Shown here piece by piece: positions 11,560 to 24,278 of a stretch of 64,000 bases of DNA (positions are counted from its first letter, which is position 1; every line of letters starts with the position of its first letter). Origin of the DNA: Dicyema japonicum (Eukaryota; Animalia; Dicyemida); assembly GCA_011109175.1 (NCBI GenBank), contig RDEW01000035.1:572902-636901 (forward strand), given 5' to 3'. A program made the translations under genes and the position numbers. The notes beneath the pieces were generated by a model, which saw only the letters and a program-made list of their open reading frames with translations, was not told where the DNA came from and ran no database searches.

Positions 11560-12130
11560 TAGTACTTAGAGGCAGGGTATATTTGGGGTGTAGGATTTTG
11601 GGTAGGATCTTTTTGGCAGAATATGTAGGTTAATCAAATTAATCCAAAAAGACGGGAATAGATATATTTTGATGGTAATCTGCTCTATGGTATTATCTGA
11701 GCACAAAAGTTCAGAGGTCCATCGACTATAGTCAATGAAGGGTATACCATTCTTTATGATGGTGAGTAGTCCTCAACCTGGTCTTCAATGGCGGTCCATG
11801 CGCATCCTGTGTACCCTGGCAAAGAAAATGTTGGCGTGGAGGCTGAGAGCTTGGATTTCTGAATGAGAGCATGGTCAGTTCGATTTGCGGAGAGGAGAGC
11901 TCGGAGTTCCAGAATCTTTCTTTTAATTCCATTTGTATTTAGTTTTAGAATAAAGTCTCCCTGTTTATCAGGGTTTTTTAAATGTCGCCACATAATATGA
12001 TCAATAGTCCAGAACAATGATACAACAGATGCAGTCGGAGGCAAAGGTAACCCCTAAATGGAGGATAGAAGCTTTTTTCGTTCCTTTCCGGAATGGGTGA
12101 CACCTTTTTAGGTGACCCACAAGACACCAC
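11560..12130 (-). mobile_element. LINE APE-endonuclease fragment (Jockey/I-like)
   Basis: ILKLNTNGIKRKILEL..ALIQKSKL; same family as 13020-13720. Confidence 0.7.
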
Positions 12131-12179
12131 CATGTTGAGCACATTTAAGTCGAGTTAATTAATGTTTAATTAAAACGCA

Positions 12180-12720
12180 TGCGGGAAAACAGTCGATGCG
12201 AAAGGATTGCACCTGCTGTCCTGTAGAAGAAGCGCCGGAAGGGGACCACGTCATGCTGCTCTGAATGATGTGATCGTCAGAGCTCTTAAGGCTCCAGGCT
12301 TACCAGCACAGTTTGAACCAGTGGGTCTTGATCGAGGAGACGGGAAGAGACCTGACGGGATGACCCCTTCACGTCTGGAAGATCTTTGGTCTGGGACGCA
12401 ACTTGCATAGACACGTTCTCAAGCACGAACATTTTTAAATCGGTTCAGACTCCTGGAGCAGCTGCTTCGACTGCGGAAAACCTAAAAATCAAGAAATATT
12501 CTTGCCTCGGGGATCGCTACCGATTTACTCCTGTTGCGACCGAATCATCGGGAGCCGTTGGTCCAATGACGGCTGAATTCTTGCAAGAACTCGGAGGATT
12601 GCTTGCCAGAAAGAAAAGGATCAACGAGAAGGGTTATGGCTAAGACAAAAGATAGGAATAGCCATACTCCGAGGGAACTCGTTCGCAATCCACGCAGCAG
12701 GCTTCCTCAACTGACATTTG
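12180..12720 (+). mobile_element. CRE-like non-LTR element C-terminus (Zn knuckle plus restriction-like endonuclease)
   Basis: [46 protein letters not shown]; A-rich tail. Confidence 0.8.
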
Positions 12721-12779
12721 TTTAATTGTTAAAAAAAATTAAAAAAAAAAAAATTAAAACGCATCAAATAAATAAAATA

Positions 12780-13020
12780 ATAAAAAAGCATCACAGTCAT
12801 CCAAATCGACATTGTAAGAATCCCTTTAGTGGATTAGTGAGGAGAGATCCTCTATGGATGCCGGCCAACCACTGGGTGTCTTCTGAAACAGGCGGGTCAC
12901 ATGACGCCTTTTAGTAGTCGACGAATACAGAGCAGAACTATATCCCTCGATAAAGTAGGTAACGGTGAGGGAATCGAACCCACATTAATCGTGGGACGAG
13001 TCACCACTACCATTATTATT
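12780..13020 (-). mobile_element. tRNA-headed SINE family B
   Basis: Minus strand has an A-box-like TGGTAGTGG and a B-box GGTTCGATTCCC, then a core similar to family A. Confidence 0.6.
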
Positions 13021-13720
13021 TAACCATAATAGCTATGGTTTTATCAGCCCGGCGTTGGAGACAGTCAAACTAAGTGGTTTCACTTATACGGTCGTGTGCA
13101 ACCTCTCTCAAGTCGTCCAGAAGTTCTCCAGGATTTTGGGCAGGATCCTTGTGGTGGAATATATATATGTTTATCAAGTTGATCCAAATAGACGGGTACA
13201 GCTCCATTTTGATAGTGATTTGCTTCATGGTATCGTCTGAGTCCAAAAGTTCTGAGGTCTTTCGACTCACATCAATAAAAGGTATACAATTCTTTATAAT
13301 TGTGAGATTTCCTCCACGTTCTCTTCCCTGACGGTCCTTACGGATCACTGTGTATCCCGGGAAAGAGGGTGTTGGCGTGGAGGATGAGAGCTTGGATTCC
13401 TTGATGAGAGCAAGGTCAGTTAGAGTTGTGGAGAGGAGAGCTTGAAGTTCCAGGATCTTCCTTTTAATTCCATTTGTATTTAGTTGTAGAATTATTAAGT
13501 CTCCGCGTGGACAAGGGTTTTTCCATTGTCGCCACAACACAGACGGAGCTACATAGCTTACGGGTACCTCCAATAGGTGGGGAAAAGTTATTGGCTCTTT
13601 CGTTCCTTTCAGGAATGGGTGACATCTTCTCGGGTAAGCCACAAGAAATCTGATGATAAATATTTCTTGGTAAGATCTCTTGTCTCCAGTAAAGATCACG
13701 TCATTTTGAACCCCACCTGT
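13020..13720 (-). mobile_element. LINE APE-endonuclease fragment (Jockey/I-like)
   Basis: ILQLNTNGI..LIKESKL..FPGYTVIRKDRQGRERGG..INIY. Confidence 0.8.
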
Positions 13721-13940
13721 TTTCCAATCATTTTTACTTCTATTTACCTAAAAGAGACCGAGTGACCTCTCATTTCTCCAAAGCTCCTTATTTCTTCATT
13801 TACACTCATGGATACTTAGTAGAGGTGGGTAGATGATTAATGAGAACTCAGATATTTCCTAAGAGAGCAACATGACCCCTATGTCATAAATTTAATTCTT
13901 GGCAGATTAAAATTATTAATAAATTATTATATTAATCTCC

Positions 13941-15661
13941 CTAAACAGAAAATTCATTGTTCTCCAGGTATTTCATGACTTCCAAAGCCTTCGAATGATC
14001 TAATCCATTCTCAGTAAACCTAAACAGTAAACAAAGCGACAGTACGTGACATTCGTCTTCCCATTGACGACAAAGAGGGAATTTTCGTTAGTCATTACAT
14101 TTTGGTTAACGGCTAATCCATCCAAATACTGTTTGAGAATATTTTTCAAATATAAATTTTCATTCATCAACTTCTTCTGTTTATCCTGCAGACACATTAC
14201 GTCTAAGGCCACGTGGTTGTAACGTTTCCAAGCCATTTCCTGTCCTTCATTTTCTACCACTGACTTGCGCTTAGTAATATTTATTTACTTTAAAAGGCGC
14301 CAGAACTTCAGAATATTGGTTATTCGAGGCATCCTCAACTTTATCAGATTCGACCGCGCATTCGTAAAAAGGAAGTATTTTCTCCTCCTCGGTCTCCATT
14401 TTGCGACATTGCTCAGCCAATGATAGAAGTTTTTTCCCCTTTAAAATATATACGAGAAATTATCAAAAAATAAAATAATATTTAAAAATATTAAAAAATT
14501 AAAAATTAAAAACTTAAAAAATAAAAAATTATTTACTTCACTTAATTTATTCTCTAAGGCTTTTAACGCAGAGTTGCTTTTAACGACGACCTTGTTCAAG
14601 CGGTCTTTCTCAACGAGTCTGAGTTTGTTCATATCAGACTTCATGGAATAAAATATTTTATTGGTTTTATCCTTCTCCTTCAAATGAGCGACTAAACAAC
14701 CTGTTTTAGCTTGGAATTCGTCTCTTCGTATTCTCGCTGAGTTTTCGATAACTTGAGCTTCGCCGAGTTGATCGCTTCCTTAAAATTAGTTTTCCCTCGA
14801 ACCGCCAAGTTTTGCAGTTTTTTCCGTTGTTGGGCAATTTCATCAGAATTATTGACGTCCTTAGCACTCAACTCTTCGAATAATTTTCGACGTTCTTCCG
14901 TCGCCTTGTTGTAGTTTTCGTAAGTCTGCCGAAACTCCTTCCATAGATTATCCCCGATAACGTCGAGCTGCGCTTTGAGGGAATGTTTGTCTTCCAAACT
15001 CTCGAATTCTCCAGAAATCGAAAAATACCTTATTGTTTATCTCGTCGATCTGATTCTGGTAGTTTAGCTCAACGTTGGCCTTTTTGGCCTCGTAATTCGT
15101 TTTCAGTGAGAAAAAAATATCCGCCAAGTCGCTGAGATCTTTTTGGTTCTTTTCTTCGATCTCCTTGCATTCCTTGTCGAACTGTGCCGTCAAATTGTTG
15201 CATTCTTCGTTGAACTTTAAATTTTCGTTGTACAGAACTTGTCGTTGGAAATCTTGGGAATAAGCATGAGGTCAACCAATCACACGATCGACGTTTTCCA
15301 TGTGACTTGAGACGGAAGTCTCATACTGGGTTTTGGCCTCGTCGATGTTCTTCAGCAAATTAGAAACTGTTATGCTCTTCAGGTCAACAATTCTTTGAAA
15401 TGTCTGAAATAGAATGAAGGCCTCGTCTCTTAGTTCGTCGACCTTTTCTCTTCTCATTTTGTAGCGATTGTGAAGATCCACGAATTTTGTGTTTATGTTT
15501 AACGCTTTGTTTTCTTTCTGCATTTTTATCTTCAGATATTCGCATAACAGCAACTCCTTCTTTTTTGCTGCTTCCTTGTCTGCTATTTTTTGTCTTTCCA
15601 TTTGCAGGATTCGTTCTTCTTCATTCATAAATTTTTTCATTCCTTTTTTTGCTGCTGGCAT
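13941..15661 (-). CDS. CCDC65: Dynein regulatory complex subunit 2 (coiled-coil domain-containing 65)
   Basis: Splicing introns 15253-15276, 15001-15028, 14779-14802, 14678-14700, 14439-14536 and later ones joins the ORFs. Motifs SLEDKHSLK, GKKLLSLAEQCRKMETEEEKILPFY, WKRYNHV and LKNILKQYLDGLAV. Confidence 0.88.
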
Positions 15662-15692
15662 TTTCTAATAACAAAATTCTGATAGTTTACTC

Positions 15693-15706
15693 GTTACTAT
15701 GGAAAT
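15693..15706. promoter_or_regulatory. X-box (RFX)-like motif upstream of CCDC65
   Basis: GTTACTATGGAAAT, 31 bp upstream of the ATG; resembles GTTNCCATGGNAAC. Confidence 0.5.
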
Positions 15707-15824
15707 TGTTTAAAATATTAAATTATTACATTATTTTAAAAATAAATACAGTCACGTGCCCTTCAGTTACAATGTATGTCACGTGGCACCAACGTTAGTG
15801 TTGTGCTATGTGGCTACAATGCCG

Positions 15825-15905
15825 TCCTATGGGAGCGACCAACATTTGCTGCGTCTTATTTTTTATAGCTGCAAGTTAGTGAGGCCGGGGTTACTTAACT
15901 AACTA
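15825..15905 (+). repeat. Short interspersed repeat; inverted copy at ~33455-33545
   Basis: CTATGGGAGCGACC..CATTTGCTGCGTC..GAGGCCG.GGTTACTTAACTAACT is present in both places. Confidence 0.75.
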
Positions 15906-16039
15906 AGCTACTTGAATTGAAGACTTTTGCTTATCTCTTCTGTCCCTCCTCTTCCTCTTTGGCTCCAGGGAGATTGAATTGTTAGCGTGCGTAATATGGT
16001 TCACCATCTCTGCTATATATAATCCTAAATTATATCCAA

Positions 16040-18165
16040 AAAGGACCATTAGTCAACAACCATCAAGAGGAGTTCCCCTTGGGCGGCACTTCCTTCAATT
16101 CGGAGCATGCGAAGACTGCGACGAATTTCAGTAACACTTGAATACCCCCGAGTAAAGAAATTCGATGTCTCAAACATACCACCAGAATACGCAATGGAAG
16201 TTAAGCACAATATTGGATAACTGGATTTGAACGGAAGGATACCTGATGAATTATGGAATGATGTGCAGTTGGTTATCAGGAACGCTGCAATAAAACATGT
16301 CAAATACAAAACGCCGGCCAAGTACTCTGAGTGGCTCTCTGTCAACACCCTAAACATTGCTGAGGCTCGTAAAGCTGCTAAAGTCTGTGTGAATATAGAC
16401 GAGACAAGAAAACTTAACTCTGAATTCAAAATGGCTGCCAGGAAGGATAAAGAAAACTACTGGAAGTTACGCTGCAAAAAATGGAAGATGACTATAAGAG
16501 AGGTCACACTAGGGATGCGTATTTACAACTAAAAAGATTACGAACCCCCATTACGAAAATGATCAAGGACAAGGATGGTGTAGAATTGCTAGCCAACAGA
16601 ACATCCGAAATCGTTGGAGACAATATACGGAACGGCTATATTTAGAAACTGTGTGCCCACCCATATATGTTGATGAAGCAACGTTGGGTGAGGGGCATAA
16701 AATCCTTGAGGAGGAATGCGTGTGGGCTACACGGCAATTAACGGGGAACAAGGCACCGGGATTGACAACATCTCAAGCGAATTGTTGAAGGCTATACCGG
16801 TGACAGCTATCACCAGTCTATGTCAAAAAATTTGGGAAACTGGTATTTGGCCACGCGAGTGGAAAAGATCTATATTCCAATACCGAAAAAAGGGAATAGA
16901 AAGGACTGTTCAAACTATCGTACAATAGCCTTAATTCCCCACGTCAGCAAAATACTTCTAAAGATAATACAACATCGTCTAATGCCAAATGCCGAAATGA
17001 TTCTACCGGATGTCCAAGCAGGATTCAGGAAGGGACGAGGCACACGTGACCATATAGCAAATGTCCGGTGGATTGTGGAGAAAGCCCATGAATCCCAAAA
17101 GAATGTATACATGTGCTTCATTGACTATCGGAAAGCTTTTTTATACATGACAAGCTGTGGTCCGCTTTAAAAAATTTGGATTCGATACCCATCTGATATT
17201 ACTTATCAAATCTCTTTATGAGGATCAAGAAGCTATTGTTAGAACAGTGTGTGGAGATACCGATTGGTTCAAAATTTGTAAAGGAGTAAGACAAGGATGC
17301 ATATTATCTCCTATTCAATATTTATGCCGAAATGATCATGACTAAATCGGATACTGTATCAAATAACGGGATTAAAATTGGAGGTAGGAACATCAATAAT
17401 TTGTGCTATGCTGACGATACAACCTTACTGGCTCAGGGAGTTGATCCTAAGATTCAGAGAAGGGAGCACCGTCTTTGATTTATTGCTAAATATCAAGAAG
17501 ACCAAAATTATGACTACTGCTAATAATGGAACTAAAAATTGGGAATGAGAAAATAGAGAGTTGCGATAATGTTGTCTTTCTGGGATGTCTAATTAATCGG
17601 AATGCTGACGGAGGCTTAGAAATCAAGAGGCGAATTGCCATGGGACGAGACACCTTCCAGAGAATGAATAGAATTTGGAAAAGCAAAGATATTTGCTTAA
17701 GGACCAAATGCAGACTGGTTAATGCAATCGTGTTCCCGTTTTTTCTATACGGCGCAGAATCATGGATACTGAAAAAGGCGGGTAGACGAAAAATTGATGC
17801 TTTTGAGCTGTGGTGCTAGAGGAGGTTACTAAGAATCCTGGACTTCCAAAATAACAAACATAGATGTACTCAAACAAGTGGAGACGGACATTTCGCTAAA
17901 AGGAAGAATTGTAAAACACAGATTGGCGTTCTTTTGGCATGTTGTACGCTCTGATTCACTGGAGAGAACAATTATGCTGAGCAATATTACTGTGAAGAGA
18001 AGATCTGGTCGACCGAGGACTCGGTGGCTATCCATGGTGGAAAACGTTACGGGAATGCCTATATCAAGGCTACTCCAAATTGCGACGGATCGTGGAGAGT
18101 GGAGGAAACTCGTTCATGAGATCTCCAGGGGTCGGACACGACTTAATTGGATAACATAACATAAT
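16040..18165 (+). mobile_element. RTE (BovB-like) LINE, 5'-truncated and frameshifted
   Basis: IPIPKKG..CSNYRTIALIPHVSKILLKI, QAGFRKGRGTRDHIAN, GVRQGCILSP, YADDT and IDAFELWC; 3' end GGACACGACT plus a (TAACA)n tail. Confidence 0.93.
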
Positions 18166-19530
18166 TAGTAAGTTATTCTCAGCCAAATCTGACCCCGGGA
18201 GCCATAAAGTTCTCAGTCTCAATTGCCTGGTCTTCGTAGTTTCTTCAAAGAGAGTAACGAACCAGGATAGAAAAATCCCCTAAAGAAGGTTAATAGTAGA
18301 TGAACCTTAAATTAGCTATGTACTTCGAAGTATCAAGGACTAATCTGGAAGAAGGAACTGTGTAGTTAACATTATTAATAAAATACTAAAATTTATTTAG
18401 GTTTTCAAATTTTTAACTTATTTGAAAAAATTTATACATTTTTAGTGGAAAATATAATATTTTAATTAATTTTTTATCATTATTTAAAATTTTATTATAA
18501 TTTTTTTGAAAACGATTACAGACGTTTCATCCAAAAAGATCTTATTTACTTGCGTGGCGTCATGCGGTTCACCTGTTGTTGTGGCGACGCTCGGTGCAAG
18601 TTCTGCATGGAAGAGAACCGTTCGACATTCCATCCTTATACGAACTTCAGAAGGTGGGCTAAGAAGGGGGAAATATTCCTTACAACCTAGTCTAAGGAAA
18701 CTCATCCCGGATCTACCTCCGAAAGCTTTTAAAGAAAGAAGTACGTTTTCAAACAATTCGCAGTCGAGACATAGAAAATGCTCGAAAAATTCTCCCTGAC
18801 TTCTTGCAATCCATTGCCTCCCACACGTGCGGCATCTGACAGATGATCCTCTAAGCTCTTTCAATTTTGTGCTCTACTTTGTTTGAACCAGAATATTTCA
18901 AGTGTCTTTTGCTCAGAACTTAGGTTTCTGATGTCTCCTGATTACTCACCCATGTTCAAGTGAAGGAACAGAAGATTTCATTCATCATAGGGACACAGAC
19001 TGATTTACCACTGTTAGACATTAGTAATTAGTAAATTGATTTTTTTACTTAACACGCAAAAAACTACAAATTTTGGTTTTCAGATAATTATTATAACCAT
19101 AAGGTCTTCGAATGTTGTGCGGTACCTGACCACAGAAAACAAAAAATACTTGGGGTAACAATTTATTCATTTTGCGAAAATAGCCCAAACCACTTTATAG
19201 ATGTGAAGCAAGACAGTCTATGTTGGTGATCTATCCACCAAAGATAAGCGACTGTTACCTTTCTCATTTGCTGTATACGAGAGATCATGATTTAAAGGTC
19301 TCCTCACTGATCCATTTCCACATCGGCATAGACCTTCCTTGTTGGTCCATCCCATAAGGATAGGGAAAGTATAGCTCTCTTTCAAAGTCACCACGTGGTC
19401 GGTTAGCCACATGACAATTTCACTAACCCGATTAATAATTGTCTTGGTCCATCGCAAGGCAGATGGTCAGCTTCCCCCAATTAAATATTGCAGTGGTTTC
19501 TGAATACATTTTTTGTGATAATTGAATTTA

Positions 19531-19544
19531 GTTGCCATAGTTTC
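19531..19544. promoter_or_regulatory. X-box-like motif immediately upstream of SCLT1
   Basis: GTTGCCATAGTTTC, with one perfect RFX half-site, 2 bp before ATG 19547. Confidence 0.4.
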
Positions 19545-19546
19545 GA

Positions 19547-21791
19547 ATGTCAGAAATTATCGAACATTTGGAAAAATTTCGTGATAACCGTAATTATGTT
19601 AACCAATTAAAGTGACGAAACTAAGCGGAAGGATTGAAACAGAATCAGGGTACAATACAAACTTGGTGACTTTGGTGGATATATTTCAGTTTCAACCTCA
19701 GAGCATGGAAGAGTTGGATCAAAGCAGAATGGACACATTCTCAAAATCACAGGTTTTACTAGATTTAACCAAAGTCCAACATGGAGCTCTTCCAAAAAGA
19801 CGTGAAGACTCTCGTTGACGAGAATAACTCGTAGTTTATGTAAATAGGCCGAGGTTACAGGACGAACTCAAGAAGGTAATCAGCGAACAGGACTTCGAAA
19901 ATTCTAGAAAGATTTATCAGACCGAACAGATCGAATTGGCACAAAAAGTATGTTTTCACTGAAAGCCCGCGTAGAAGAAAGAAATGGCCGAGGAGATGTG
20001 CGGAATAGCGATGGAGCACGTGGATCGACTTGAAAAGGAGTTAGAGGTTATTTTTGTAGGAAAATTAGTATGTGAAAGAAATCTGCGACGTCCCTGGCGT
20101 TTATCATCAACTTCAAAATGTAATCGGGCCCATTTCATTCTCAGATTCAGTTCGAGTACCGTCGTCTTGTGGAGACTCAGAACAGTTCCATGGAATCAAT
20201 GCAGTGCGAGTTATAGTTTGTGGGAGTAGTAAATTTCCAAGTCGATTGCAGAAAGAGAACAAAGTTGCAGAGATCCAGATTGAGGACTATCGCCTGGCCT
20301 TGGAGAATGTGAGAACCAAAGTCAAAAATAGGGTTACTCTTCAATTATGTATCTCCCAGTGCTCCAAAATGGAGGACATCCACGAACTCAGGATGATCTA
20401 CGATGATAAAATAGCAGAGCTCACCAAGCAAGCGGAAGATGATATGACTAAGTCAGATATACGTTTATTTCAAGAATTGAGGAGACTGAGAACCACGTGG
20501 CAGTTCTGGAAAATGAATCTTATAAAAGCAAAGAGCGCATAGCCTTGCTCAGACAAGAAATGTATCTTGTTAAGTCTCACGTGCAGAGGATCCCTGGAAG
20601 AAGCCAAAGAGAGGCTAACAAGAGAAAATAAAAAACAAGAAGAATTACTGAACAATCTAGAAAGTAGTAAAATGAGGGTACCTCGAGTTTGCTAGCAAAT
20701 AGATCCGACAAGAGTTGGTCCAGAAGGAAGAAGACCTCGACTCACTGAAAAAGCAGATCAAGGACGTAATCGAAGAGGTCAAGTCGAACTCTTTGGAGCA
20801 GGTTTGGCCACGTGTGTGAAAACTAACCAAAAGATCAAAATGGAACGAGCGAAACAGGAACAGATAGTACAAAACACGAAAAATGATAATATACGGTTGA
20901 ATCAGGTCTGGGGGACTGTTATTAAAGGAAAACACCGAGTTGAGGGCGAAATTGTTGATGGAACAGGAACATCACAGGCAAATACAGACAGAAAACGACA
21001 ATGTACTGCATTTTCTGAAATTCAGGCGAGAAACGAGATGATTGGGCAAATTCAGAAGCTTTACGACTCGAAAAATTTTCAGGATAAAAAAATAAATTCT
21101 TTGACTGCACAAAAAACCAATTTATCTGACGAAAACAGGAAATTGAAGGAGAAAGTGTCAAAAATCGTGACAAAGTAGACTCTGACTTAACGTAGGGGAA
21201 ACGACGAAAATAAATATCTAAATAAGCAGACAGAACTCATGACGAATCGTCTCAAACTCTTGGAGAAGGAGAATGAACAGAACAAGAAAAACACGGACAA
21301 TTTGATCGACCAAAAGAACTCTTTGCTGGAAGAAGTCAGAGAAGAACTGAAAAGTAAAAACAAGGAGTGCATATATTTGAAATCTAAGGTACCAGTTAGC
21401 TTCCACTACTTAGCTGAAATCTCTGAATGATGACTTCAAGAACCTCAAGGCTGACTCTGAGAGTCAAATCAGACTTCAGACAATCGAAAAGGAATCCATA
21501 ATGGAAGAAATGAACGGTCTCTTAGAAGAACAGCGAAACAGCCACTCAAAGTGGAAAAATGAATGTGAACTGACCATCTTTCAAAAAGATCAGGAAATCG
21601 AATCATTAATTGAGAATCACAAGAAAATGAATGGCGTCCCTTTATCGGAGTCAATCCATAAATACGAACGAGAGATTGAAGAGCGGGATGAGATCATAAA
21701 ACGACACCAAACCCAATATTTGGAGTTGCAAGGTGAAGTGGCCAAATATAGACGAATTATGAAAGACTTATCTCGGAGGACTGCCAAATGA
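19547..21791 (+). CDS. SCLT1: Sodium channel and clathrin linker 1-like centriolar distal-appendage coiled-coil protein
   Basis: Introns 19590-19612, 19666-19689, 19753-19774, 19831-19853 and 19948-19974 give VKTLVDENNSLQDELKK..EQIELAQKKKEMAEEMCGIAMEHVDRLEKE. C-terminal LLEEQRNSHSKWKNE also resembles SCLT1. Confidence 0.7.
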
Positions 21792-22249
21792 TGATTTAGT
21801 AACTTTAGTCCGATGATAGAATGTAGATTGACTTACACGTGCTTGATAATTTAAGATGCATTCTACCATAATCAAACATTTTTGACCAGTTAGTGGTCTA
21901 TTGGTGGACTGGTGACGTAGGTCTTGTGCACGAGTGAACTTAGTGTCCTCACCTCTTCAATGCGGATGTAACCTCCCGTTTCCCTTTTTGGACTCAGGGA
22001 CCAATTGGTTCGAATCCCAGGGAGAACTTGGATAAGTGGGGAGGAAAAAAAATTATGATAATTCTAACCAATCTCATAGCCTTGAAGAGGATAATCCTCG
22101 TCTAAGTCCTTCCATTTAGACTGAACGGGATTAGGAGTCTGTGACAAGTTAATTTTCATAGTCTTGAAGCATCGTTGACTCATTATACTTCCCCACTTCA
22201 ATTTTCCTCGTTACCGGACGTGGAGATTCTATTGACCTCTTATTTATTT

Positions 22250-22700
22250 AACAACCAAAGACAACGATAATAACCAAACTAATTATCGATCCCGATGCAA
22301 TCCAACAGTGACCTCATCTTTTCCCGGTGTTCTTCCCTAGTGCCAGCGCATGATCGTACAGGACGGCTGAATAATTTTACGCTGAATAGTCTTCCCATAA
22401 TCTGTAGTCTAGTCTTGTAAGGGCCTCTAGAGACGTCTGTCCGGTTCGGTGATCTCCACAAATCCAACCCTCCGTTACTCCGAAACCGTCTTTTGCATTT
22501 CCTCGATCTTCCTCATATTCGTCCAAGATATAAACAGTCCCCACGAGAAACATGACTTGATGTACTGTCTGTACACGTTCATCAGGACCGGGTGAGTAAC
22601 CCTCTCCATATTGCCAATAAACTTTTTAATAAGTTCAGTTTCTTCTCCCATTTTAATGTTTTCTACGTGTGGTGTACACAGAGATGCATTGACATCTGTT
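22250..22700 (-). mobile_element. LINE 3' fragment
   Basis: Similar to 8790-9070 (GPYK..EEHREKMRSLLDCIGI). Confidence 0.5.
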
Positions 22701-22714
22701 GAAAAACTATCTTA

Positions 22715-22968
22715 ATTTTTTTAATTTATTGACCCCGGATACGTTGATAAAGAAGTTAAAGTAAACAACTAGTTAAGTGCATCCAGTTTCCACTTCTACA
22801 GAGTCCATCCGGAACAAGAATAAAAGGTAAAAGACGTCCATTACTTGCAGTTGTGGAAACCCCCCCAGTGACGCCACTTTAGGAGGAAGGGAAATAGGAG
22901 GAACAGACAAAACAAACAGAAAACTTCAACCGATTAGCCACGTAGCACCACATAAAGCCACGCGGATA
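22715..22968 (-). mobile_element. SINE-like family A, internally deleted copy
   Basis: Matches 1293-1612 in reverse complement, lacking part of the core. Confidence 0.8.
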
Positions 22969-23070
22969 AAATTCTTTATCTTAAAGCTATAATTTAGTCA
23001 ATAAATTATTTTTTCGTTTAATTTGCATTTTCAAAATATTTTAAATAAATTTGAATTTAAAAACCGTTTC

Positions 23071-24278
23071 ATGTGTGTTTTTTATTTGTGCGGCCTTACA
23101 AATTCAGTTGGAATTAACGACCGAATATTCAAGCTCTTAAGAGAAAACCGGACATATTCAGTTAACATGAACTTTCCATTGATCGATTCTGACTACAAAT
23201 CCATTATCATGGATATGATAGGATTATATTCTTCCAGTAAATATGAAGCCGCACGTGTAACTGGTCTAATACTGCGCACGATTGCTTGGGAAAAACTCAA
23301 TTCCTGGCATTGGCAGGAAGTCCCCATCGAATGGAGAGAACAGTATTACTTTTCCAGTCTCATCCTCGTTCTTTCCCGCCTTTTCTTAACCACGACTTCA
23401 AATCGATACTCGTTGACTGTGACAAGGCCCTCCTCATGGGATATACGAGGCAATTTAACGTGGTCAGTCACTTGGCCACGTTGATTCACGATATTGTTGT
23501 TGAAGGCCGGTCACCGGGGAATTATAAGGTACCCTGATGCTGGGAGACACTCTCTCCTTGGATTTGATCACTTAAAGAAGTTACCCAAGTTGGAAACCAT
23601 GTCTATAGAAGACTTCGTCGAATACCACATGGCTGAAACTCCCTGTGTGATATCAGGAGCTTGTGCTCACTGGCCTGTATTTGGGAATAACAAGTGGACC
23701 TTGGACTATTTGATGACATGTGCAGAGTACCGGACTGTGCCTGTGGAAATTGGGAAGAATTACATGACTGATAAGGCTTGGCACCAGAAGATGATGTTGT
23801 TCGGAGATTTTGTCAGGGATTATATTTTAGGTACCCCAAGAGTAGTAGGGTACCTGGCTCAGCATTCCCTGTTGTCCCAGATCCCTCGTTTGGAAGAAGA
23901 CATTGAGCCCCCTGATTACTGTTTTGTAGCCAACTGTGAATATCCTGAGATTAACAGCTGGTTTGGTCCCCGGGTACCGTGTCCCCCCTTCACCAGGATT
24001 CAAGGAACAACTGCTATGTGCAGGTTGTGGGCTCAAAGTATGTTCAGTTGATATCTACGGAGTATAACGAGGACCTATACAGGGACAGTAATGGACTCAT
24101 AACCACCACCAGCGCGGTGGATGTGGCTAATCCTGATTATGAGGCGTTCCCTAAGTTCAGGAATGTCCGTGGCTTTGAAGTTATTCTAAATGAAGGGGAT
24201 CTTCTTTATATTCCCAAAGATTACTGGCATTATATGGAGTCATTGGAGATCAGTTTCTCTTTGAGTTTTTGGTGGTGA
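23071..24278 (+). CDS. KDM8: JmjC-domain hydroxylase JMJD5/KDM8
   Basis: WEKLNSWHWQEV, DKALLMG, RTVPVEIGKNY, GYLAQHSLLSQIPRLEEDI, SWFGP..SPLHQD and PKDYWHY..SLSFWW*; spans three frame changes. Confidence 0.92.
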
